DNA of 64,000 nucleotides from a bacterium (GTDB lineage Bacteria; Margulisbacteria; Marinamargulisbacteria; GCA-2716485; JAYNIM01): NCBI GenBank assembly GCA_038109055.1, contig JAYNIM010000001.1, positions 491,365 to 555,364 of the forward strand, read 5' to 3'. Shown piece by piece: positions 56,684 to 64,000 of this stretch (position 1 is its first letter; each line of letters starts with the position of its first letter). The notes under the pieces were generated by a model. It saw only the letters and a program-made list of their open reading frames with translations, ran no database searches and was not told where the DNA came from. The position numbers and the translations under genes were made by a program.

Positions 56684-59017
56684 TTATTGCAATGAAATTA
56701 AAACCAGAACATAGTCTGTTTCCCCTATGTTTAAACGTGTTAAGGCTTTGCCTAAAATAGCACCGTGGGCTTGGGTGGTATCGACTGCCTTCATGGCATG
56801 TCCTTCTGTATCAGAACTTGTTAAAAAGTCACCTATTTCAATCCCTGTGTTTAAACCAACACTTTTTACCCATACACGTCCCAACATCGCGATATTCTGA
56901 TCTCCATCCATGAGGGTTCCTTCTTGTCCTTTCAAAATCATTCCAGGACTCACCCCCTTAGCGCCACTTATGACACCAATGACTTTTTTATCGTAGGCAC
57001 TATTAGATAGTTTTGCCTTTCCAGGATTCTGTGTATCTGCAATCACTACCATCCCAGGCTCAATCGTTGTGTTAGATGCGGATACAAAGAATTTCTCTGC
57101 AATATCTGCACTCCCATCGGTCAAATATGCCTCGCCAGCTGGAATCATAATACTTCCGTTGACTTCTAGTTTTTCAGTTGGATCAGTTACACCTATTCCT
57201 ACATTGCCATTTGCTTGAATTGTCATGATATTATTTACATCCCAAAAACCAAAATGCATTTTGTTAGATGCACTGGTATCTGCAACATGTTCATAACCTA
57301 TCCAAGCTGTATTGTATGAAGTCAATGATTTACCAAAGGCAAAATTCGCAATTTGACCACTTGTTAATGCTGAATTTACATATTCCCATCCACGAGTCCG
57401 TGTTCCATCTGTAAAAGATTTATTAATTCGAAAAGGGATACTTGAATCAGAAATATCAATTTGAAATTTTGCGTCACTAGGATCGCTTGTTCCAATCCCA
57501 ACATTCCCCTTATCTTTAATAAAGATGCCATTAGACTCATCATCATAAAGGCCAAGACCATTCCCATCTTGAGCTTGAATGCTAGAGCTAAAAAAGGCTG
57601 TTGCTGTCGCATTTCCTGTTAATTTTATATCTCCACTTACCCCAATATTCCCCACTACAGATAATTTTTTATCAGGGGTTTCCGTTCCTATCCCTACATT
57701 TCCTAAGGTGTAATAGGCTACGTTATTATTTCCTGTGACAAAGACACGTTCACTTGAAATACCGGTCAAATTTGACCCATCTATCGCTGGCAAAGACCCT
57801 ATCAGTTCATTTGCTGGTATCTTTCTTAAACCACTCCCTTCTCCACTAAAACTTTTTGCCGTAATGGATCCATTTGCTGTAGCATCTCCTGTTAGTGTTA
57901 TATCTCCACTTACCCCAATATTCCCCACTACAGATAATTTTTTATCTGGGGTTTCTGTTCCGATTCCTACATTCCCTAAGCTGTAATAGGCTACGTTATT
58001 ATTTCCTGTGACAAAGACACGTTCAATTGAAATACCGGTCAAGTTTGATCCATCTATCGCTGGCAACGATCCTTTAAGTTCAGCTGCGGTTAGATTTGTT
58101 AAGCCACTTCCATCCCCACTAATATTTGTTGCTAATACACTACCATTTGCTGATACATGTCCGTCTATATACATAAAGTTATTTCCCGACACCTTTCCTA
58201 CTTCAAGTATATTACTTTTCATATTTTCCATATTTCCAAGTCCATCACCTATTGCAAAATACAGGTCTGCTTCTGCATCATATTCACTACTTGTTTTATT
58301 GAATTTCCCAATGACTAATGAGTTGTCCCATGCGCTTAGTGTATAATTCCCCATAGCGGTTGAATAATCTCCTGAAGCGACTGTTCCCCATCCACTGGCG
58401 CTTGCATAATCTCCTGTAGCTGATGTATTTGCCGATCCCCATTTTAATGCATTAGTTCCGCTTCCTTCCTCTAGTCCTGCGGGAAGGACGGTTGTTGTAT
58501 TTGATGAAATCACCGTCCCATTCGTCAACATAATACTGTCCGCTTGTAGAGTTCCATTAATACTTACATTGCCAGTATAATTATTGGTGACAATTTTGTT
58601 ATTTACTGGATCTGTCCAGTCTAAAGAATTTGCAACTACTGCAAAAGGGACCGTTGTTATGTAGGATGTTTTATAGATAGTATTCATGTCATTCACATAA
58701 ATGTCTATTCTTGGTAAGTGTGTAGCGTCTGGAAAATCATAGGCCATTATTGCTTCTTCGAATGTTTGTCTGACGCCATTTCCATTTACATGTTCATCTA
58801 AGTCAATTTTAATAATAGAATTGTTTATATCTTCGTTATGAGCACCTGTTTCCCAAATCATGTTTCCACTACTATCTAAAAGTTTGACATTGACTTGTGC
58901 AGTTCCGTTTGGACTTGAAACTTGAACATGAATCTGCGCATGAGGAGGATTTGCCATGAGGGGTAATGCTAATAAACATAGACTAACCGCTAGGATTCCT
59001 ATTATTTTCTTATACAC
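56684..59017 (-). CDS. Secreted phage-tail-fibre-like adhesin with C-terminal chaperone-like domain
   Basis: Signal peptide; YadA-head-like ASGDYSTAMG units; four GNVGIG repeats; C-domain ADIAEKF...VIGVIS...LGRVWVK...GDFLTSS..GHAMKA...ILGKAL. Confidence 0.7.
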   Translation of the reverse strand: MYKKIIGILAVSLCLLALPLMANPPHAQIHVQVSSPNGTAQVNVKLLDSSGNMIWETGAHNEDINNSIIKIDLDEHVNGNGVRQTFEEAIMAYDFPDATHLPRIDIYVNDMNTIYKTSYITTVPFAVVANSLDWTDPVNNKIVTNNYTGNVSINGTLQADSIMLTNGTVISSNTTTVLPAGLEEGSGTNALKWGSANTSATGDYASASGWGTVASGDYSTAMGNYTLSAWDNSLVIGKFNKTSSEYDAEADLYFAIGDGLGNMENMKSNILEVGKVSGNNFMYIDGHVSANGSVLATNISGDGSGLTNLTAAELKGSLPAIDGSNLTGISIERVFVTGNNNVAYYSLGNVGIGTETPDKKLSVVGNIGVSGDITLTGDATANGSITAKSFSGEGSGLRKIPANELIGSLPAIDGSNLTGISSERVFVTGNNNVAYYTLGNVGIGTETPDKKLSVVGNIGVSGDIKLTGNATATAFFSSSIQAQDGNGLGLYDDESNGIFIKDKGNVGIGTSDPSDAKFQIDISDSSIPFRINKSFTDGTRTRGWEYVNSALTSGQIANFAFGKSLTSYNTAWIGYEHVADTSASNKMHFGFWDVNNIMTIQANGNVGIGVTDPTEKLEVNGSIMIPAGEAYLTDGSADIAEKFFVSASNTTIEPGMVVIADTQNPGKAKLSNSAYDKKVIGVISGAKGVSPGMILKGQEGTLMDGDQNIAMLGRVWVKSVGLNTGIEIGDFLTSSDTEGHAMKAVDTTQAHGAILGKALTRLNIGETDYVLVLISLQ
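57600..58150 (-). repeat. Intragenic tandem duplication, period 273 bp (91 aa)
   Basis: GSLPAIDGSNLTGIS.ERVFVTGNNNVAYY.LGNVGIGTETPDKKLSVVGNIGVSGDI occurs twice; boundaries approximate. Confidence 0.9.
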
Positions 59018-59225
59018 GTTTTATCACTCCCATGTTTATTTCCCCCTTTTATCTTGAACTCAGGTTTTATTGATAGTTTTACTTATTCTTTGTTCCACAT
59101 TATGTTTTTTTACCCACATTCTGCCTATTTTAAACATTTATTTTTATCCCCCTCTATTTTTACTATGTTGTGATCTACCTATAGCTCCTATCCTTTTACG
59201 TGGTAATTTTTTAGCGTGTTTGACG

Positions 59226-61535
59226 CTATTTTTTATTAATCAACAGCAGCGTATTTCCCACAAAGCTTGGCCTTGTTTGTTCCGGCTCTTTGGGGGGTGT
59301 TTTTTCAGATAGGTCACGCATCCATATGGCGAGGCTTTGGCCTTGGTGGTAGGTGTTTGATGACTGGCCTGTTTTTTTAGCTTGATCGATCTTATTTTGA
59401 CCGTTTTCATCGATAAATAAGGCAAAACTACTATGATCTGCAGCTGCTATGCTAAAGGTTTGATCGGGTGTTTGGTACTGGTCATGTCCGTCTTTGTCTA
59501 TAAACATCGTGACGCTTTGATCCCAGGCAGCCGAGATTTTCACCCCTTGGCTCCCACGATAACGATCATTTCCTCCTTCGTCATAAAACAACCCAACAGC
59601 TTGATGTGCCGCAGTGGCCATACTATAACGTGAAGCCTGATATTCATCGTCTTCGTTGCCTAAATTTAATAGGACCCCTAAGCCATACGCATAGCCTGTT
59701 CCTAAGGAAAAATTCCCGGCCAAAAAGCTGTCCTTTCCCTGCCTGTCTAATAACAACCCGATACCGCCAGAGGCCATTTCTCTAAATCCTATCCCCAGTC
59801 CCTGCGCTGCACCTTTAAAGACATTGTCTGTCCCATAACTACTTTTAAAGCCGCCAAGAGCGCGATAGCGGTCATGCCCCTTTCTGTCATCTATAAATCC
59901 CAGTCCTCTGGGCAGCCCCAGCCCCTGACCAAAGCCTTGTATCTGATACTGATCCTGCCCCTTTTGATCAATAATGCCCCCAACCCCTGCAAATCCAATG
60001 CCCTGACAGAGTTGTTGGCCGATATAGGTATCGTTGCCTTGCTGATCGATCACTAAACCCAGTCCAAAAATACCTATACCCTGCCCCCAGACCTTCGAGA
60101 TATAGGTATCGTTGCCTTTGACATCTATGAGTATCGATACCCCTAAACACGCTGCCCCCTGCGCTAAGGGTTCTGTGGCGATGTAGCTGTCATCTCCGTC
60201 AAAATCAAGGATGATCTGTGACTGGCCCGGACTGGCATGTGTGAGATACTGATCGTTGCCCCCTAAATCAATGATTACTGCGACGGATTTTGTGTAGACC
60301 TGATCACTTTCATTGCCAATTATGATGTCTCCAAAGGCTGTTTTTTCCTGTCGTAATATCCCATTTTTGCTAGGACGTCGTTGGCCTACGGTGTTTTTGA
60401 GATGTTTTTTAAAGGCCTTCAACCAACGTTTATCTTGCAAAAAAGCCAGTGTATCACTGGCCTGATATAGGGAAGGAAGATCGACCTTTCGAACCAAGTC
60501 TACTAGTCTTTCTGACTTGTCGAAAGTGTTGGGTTCTCCTAAGGCTGATAGGGCGTAATGTTCGACTAACTCTGTATTTAAAAAGCTGAGTGACTCTTGA
60601 ATTGTTTGGCGTTCTTCGCTGTTTAAAGGGTTAAAGGCAGCTTCTGCTTGTTTAAAGGCTTTTTCGAGACCTTGCTTAAACCCAAGTAAGGTAGCTGGTG
60701 GTATATTCATCTCCTGTTTAGAGACGAGAGGGACTGATTGCAAATATTGAAAATAATGCCGTAGTTGCTGTGCTGTGTTCTGTCTGTGTTGTTGCATCAT
60801 ATGGGTTAGTACCTGATCTGCACCTGCAATAGGGTCTTGTTTGATGTATCTTAATAAGGGGACTCTAATTCCATCATCCCAGTATTCGGTTTTTTTGATC
60901 AAGGATTTTACCTGTTGATACTGTGTCCATTTATCTACCTGTTTTAACGCGTCTTTACACACTGCTTCTAGCTCTGAATTTTGAGATAGTTGAGGAAATA
61001 GTTCCTTGTTGCTTGATGGGGGCGTGAGTCGTTCAAAACGTTTTTGCCTTAGGGTAATCCTGTAGTTTAAGACCTCCCCTTTTTTAAAAAACTTTAGTGG
61101 TAGGTATTGGTTTAGGGGCATTTTTTCGGCCATGAGATCTAACTGTGCATCTGTGACGGGTATTTGTTGATAGCTAAGCTCTGTGTGGGCACGTAGAACC
61201 TTTAGACTGAGTTCTTCCCCAATCTGTTTGACCTTAGTAAGATGTTTTTTAAATTGTTGAAGTTGCTGATTAGGCGTACAGTCCTGAAAGTTATTACCAT
61301 CATAACTCAAAATAATGTCGCCTGCTTTTAAGCCTGCTGCTTTGGCTGCTGTATTTTGTAAAACAACATTAATTTTAATGGCCTGTTGCTTGCTGCTGTC
61401 TTTGGATACCTGTACCTCGATGGCTTTCATGGCAATTCCCAAAAAAGGGGTTGGTCTGTGTGCTGTCTTGGGATCTGCCTGTATAGACATACTGGCAATT
61501 ACACTCAGAACTAACGATAGATACCTAAGAGACAT
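59226..61535 (-). CDS. Secreted PDZ-domain protein with D-x-x-G-x-D-x-Y repeats
   Basis: PFLGI...AAKAAGLKAGDIILSYDG; about ten IDxxGxDxY + QGxG repeats. Confidence 0.75.
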   Translation of the reverse strand: MSLRYLSLVLSVIASMSIQADPKTAHRPTPFLGIAMKAIEVQVSKDSSKQQAIKINVVLQNTAAKAAGLKAGDIILSYDGNNFQDCTPNQQLQQFKKHLTKVKQIGEELSLKVLRAHTELSYQQIPVTDAQLDLMAEKMPLNQYLPLKFFKKGEVLNYRITLRQKRFERLTPPSSNKELFPQLSQNSELEAVCKDALKQVDKWTQYQQVKSLIKKTEYWDDGIRVPLLRYIKQDPIAGADQVLTHMMQQHRQNTAQQLRHYFQYLQSVPLVSKQEMNIPPATLLGFKQGLEKAFKQAEAAFNPLNSEERQTIQESLSFLNTELVEHYALSALGEPNTFDKSERLVDLVRKVDLPSLYQASDTLAFLQDKRWLKAFKKHLKNTVGQRRPSKNGILRQEKTAFGDIIIGNESDQVYTKSVAVIIDLGGNDQYLTHASPGQSQIILDFDGDDSYIATEPLAQGAACLGVSILIDVKGNDTYISKVWGQGIGIFGLGLVIDQQGNDTYIGQQLCQGIGFAGVGGIIDQKGQDQYQIQGFGQGLGLPRGLGFIDDRKGHDRYRALGGFKSSYGTDNVFKGAAQGLGIGFREMASGGIGLLLDRQGKDSFLAGNFSLGTGYAYGLGVLLNLGNEDDEYQASRYSMATAAHQAVGLFYDEGGNDRYRGSQGVKISAAWDQSVTMFIDKDGHDQYQTPDQTFSIAAADHSSFALFIDENGQNKIDQAKKTGQSSNTYHQGQSLAIWMRDLSEKTPPKEPEQTRPSFVGNTLLLINKK

Positions 61536-61732
61536 TCATCTTAGAATAACATAGCCCCTTTCTTCTCTGTAGTAACTTATGGTTTATTAACTGCCTCATT
61601 AAATTGCACTAAAAAAACCAAACTACAGTAAAAACAAAACAAGAAACACTTTTTTTAATTTAACCCCTAATTTTTCTTCATTCAAAAAAACATCACGAGT
61701 TAGCAATAAGATGTTTTCTTAAAAGAAATTCA

Positions 61733-62239
61733 TTATTTTTCAATAAAAATTAACTTCAGAAACAAAGAAACTGTCCTTGATACCCCCATGGTCATTCCCT
61801 TTTCTAACTCCTCAACATCCGAAGAAATTAAATATAATCCAGACAATATCTTGGGTTTTAAGGCTGTTAAACACAGAGCTTTTTCTATTTCATAAACATC
61901 ATAACGAAGCGTATTAAACAAGGCATTACCAGAATATTCCTCCAATACACGCAAAGCTTCTGTTGCTCGCTTAAAATTAGCCGTTAATAAGGCCTGTAAA
62001 GACAATCTTGAGGGCAGGGTTTCTTTCGCACGTTGATCTTGTGAGGTGTCTCGGGCCATCAAATGCGCCTGGCGATCAGGATAGACCCCATTAATTTTCT
62101 TTCGTAGCCCGGCCAATGCATCCGTCAGTGCTTTATTGCCGCATTCAAAACGGCAATAATCTTCTAATGCGCGCAATCCTTCACTGGCCCTGTTAATATT
62201 TGCATCAATAATGGCACTGTAATCGTTCTTAGCTAACAT
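61733..62239 (-). pseudogene. thiE: 3'-truncated cyanobacterial-type thiamine-phosphate synthase
   Basis: IIDANINRASEGLRALEDYCRF...ANFKRATEALRVLEEY; homology ends shortly after LYLIS, so the TIM barrel is missing. Confidence 0.75.
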
Positions 62240-62542
62240 TGTTTTTAATCGTTTCTTCAGTTTTTATTGAAGTCAGATCTATAAAAAATCTCTCTAAATA
62301 ATCACATAGCAGTAAGGCAAGCTCGTTTTTAGTAATATCATCAAACGATCTCACCTTATCAGACGAATCAATAAAAGACACACTCGTCGTATCCTGATTG
62401 AAAAACTTTATTATTCGAAATATCATTTACCACAATCAAATCAAGCTGTTTTGAGTGCCGTTTAACTGTTGCACGAGCAATAACATCCTCACTTTCAGAA
62501 GCAAATCCCACCACGCAGGTCGGGCGTTTTGAATGATGAGCG
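62229..62542 (-). pseudogene. coaBC: 3' remnant of coaBC with a frameshift
   Basis: Manual translation KRPTCVVGFASESEDVIARATVKRHSKQLDLIVVNDIS, frameshift at a T-run near 62401-62405, then NQDTTSVSFID...TKNELA; in-frame stop upstream and no start. Confidence 0.75.
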
Positions 62543-62637
62543 TTCTGTTTTTGATATCAAGAAAAGTTTTGAACAGAAGTTAGTTCGTGAAGCAAGACAA
62601 TTGTTTGTGTCTTATGTTCAAGCTAAAAAAAATATTT

Positions 62638-63999
62638 TCATATGCTATAACCATACCTATCAAGTGCTGCTTTACATATTTTATCTAATAACATTTCGTA
62701 AGAAATTCCCGCAAATCCAGCCATTAAATTTAATTTTCCATCCCAGCACCATCCAGGATTAGGATTAACTTCCAATAATTTAAGTTTTCCATAGGCATCA
62801 CATCTAAAATCCATACGAGCATAATCTCGACAATCTAAACGCTCAAATAACATTTTTGAATAATCAATCAACTTGGATTGCTCATCAGCAGACAAAAGTG
62901 CTTCGTGATACGAAATTTTTTGCCAATAAGCAGAATCGGGCATCCATTTTGACTCATATGATAAAATTTTGGGTAATTCTTGGGGAAGTTGATCATAATT
63001 AACCTCTAAAATAGGTAAGGCTTCTACTAAAGATCCATTGCCAATTAACCCAACACTATATTCATTGCCTGCTAAAAATTCTTGTATCAAAATAGGCGTA
63101 TTTGGAAATTGATATGTAAGCTCTGTTAAATAATCCAAGAGTTCCATCGCATTATATACCACCGCATTTTGTGTAATTCCTATCGAGCTATCTCCATAAG
63201 CAGGTTTTAAAAGAGCCGGAAAAACAGAGGGAATATTGGCGGCTTGATCATTAGGATGATAATACGTTTCTTGAGCAACAGGAATACCCATACTATCTGC
63301 AATAGCTCTGACTTTTGACTTATCATAACAAAGAGATAAACAAGTAGGAGCCGCACCTGAGTATGGAACCCCTAATATTTCTAAAAGAGCTGGAATATGC
63401 AATTCCATTTTTGCATTATTTTTAAAGCCTTCATCACACAAATTAAACACAAAATCAGGAGGTGTATGGATTAATTTTTGAAGTAAATCTTTGTGATTAT
63501 CTAAAAAGCTAAGTTGGTAAGTATTAAGCTTTTTTAATGCTTTTTTTAAACACTTTATTGTTTCAAGATCTTCAGTATTAAATTTCCCATCTTTTTTTAC
63601 AGCATCGGGTAAGCGATGATCTCCAAGAATAACGGTCATTCTTTTTTTAACCGTTGTGGATACATGAATATTTTTTTTAGCAGGGGCTTCACACGTTATA
63701 AATAAACGATTGGCCATCATCCCTAAATCTTGTCCACGGGTAGATAAGGCCTGAACCGAACAAAAATCCTTGATTGTTTTAAATCCCAAGTCACTTAATA
63801 TACGCTTTATTTCACTTAATTCATAAATTCTTTCTGCATAAAACTGATCTGCAAGAATTCCTTTTTCTGCATGAGTAATGACTTCCCGTGTTATAATACG
63901 GGTCCCATCTGAACTTAAGCTTCGTTCTCTGTTAACAAAATGTTGCTGGTCTATCCATTCCCATGATCTTGCTTCAAAATGCTGCCTCATCCATGATCC
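62638..63999 (-). CDS. Ddl-like ATP-grasp protein fused to an N-terminal (probable methyltransferase) domain, 5'-truncated by the window edge
   Basis: VFNLCDEG, GVPYSG, DKSKV, KPAYGDSSIGI, RDYARMDFR, LEVNPNPG; frame open to the window end. Confidence 0.8.
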   Translation of the reverse strand, partial: GSWMRQHFEARSWEWIDQQHFVNRERSLSSDGTRIITREVITHAEKGILADQFYAERIYELSEIKRILSDLGFKTIKDFCSVQALSTRGQDLGMMANRLFITCEAPAKKNIHVSTTVKKRMTVILGDHRLPDAVKKDGKFNTEDLETIKCLKKALKKLNTYQLSFLDNHKDLLQKLIHTPPDFVFNLCDEGFKNNAKMELHIPALLEILGVPYSGAAPTCLSLCYDKSKVRAIADSMGIPVAQETYYHPNDQAANIPSVFPALLKPAYGDSSIGITQNAVVYNAMELLDYLTELTYQFPNTPILIQEFLAGNEYSVGLIGNGSLVEALPILEVNYDQLPQELPKILSYESKWMPDSAYWQKISYHEALLSADEQSKLIDYSKMLFERLDCRDYARMDFRCDAYGKLKLLEVNPNPGWCWDGKLNLMAGFAGISYEMLLDKICKAALDRYGYSI

Positions 64000-64000
64000 A

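Noticed and set aside
56684..59017. Prophage tail gene
   Set aside because: It has a Sec signal peptide and no phage genes flank it
61750..62585. Weak inverted similarity (TAACTTC...CTTGATA) flanking the coaBC-thiE fragment
   Set aside because: Gapped, short and AT-rich; compatible with chance, and no target duplication seen
1..64000. CRISPR arrays, tRNA and rRNA genes
   Set aside because: No regularly spaced repeats or recognisable structural RNA genes; intergenic spaces are short

Overview
Low-GC, gene-dense bacterial chromosome segment from a diderm. An SLH protein, an RRM protein, a cyanobacterial-type ThiE remnant and Na+-NQR fit a Terrabacteria diderm such as Margulisbacteria, but that is inference only. 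Housekeeping genes: hisS, hisA, nqrA-F, rlmN, exbBD-tonB, holB, rpsU, lnt, lepA, acs, menC, rpmB, an M16 peptidase pair, tsaB and sppA. Three loci stand out. (1) 19.5-30.3 kb: a 14-gene flagellar basal-body operon that appears systematically remodelled. FlgB, FlgC, FlgF and a FlgJ-like protein carry Sec-type signal peptides, FliF lacks its beta-collar, the FlgJ-like protein is fused to a second FliF-RBM3-like domain, and FliG has lost its torque domain. No hook, filament, stator or export-gate genes occur in the window. This is the best candidate for an undescribed, non-motile, flagellum-derived envelope machine. (2) 36-45 kb: behind a 140-bp MITE, two large mosaic effector-like proteins (eukaryote-type USP deubiquitinase + NADAR; MORN + unknown domains + identical NADAR). 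They are related by a 1,586-bp duplication and by microhomology-bounded in-frame domain exchange. (3) 54.8-59.0 kb: a secreted phage-tail-fibre-like adhesin in an operon with a stand-alone T9SS-CTD-like protein and a PorV-like barrel. A coaBC-thiE remnant lies near the right end. No rRNA, tRNA or CRISPR array was seen. All family assignments come from motif recognition by eye; no searches were run.
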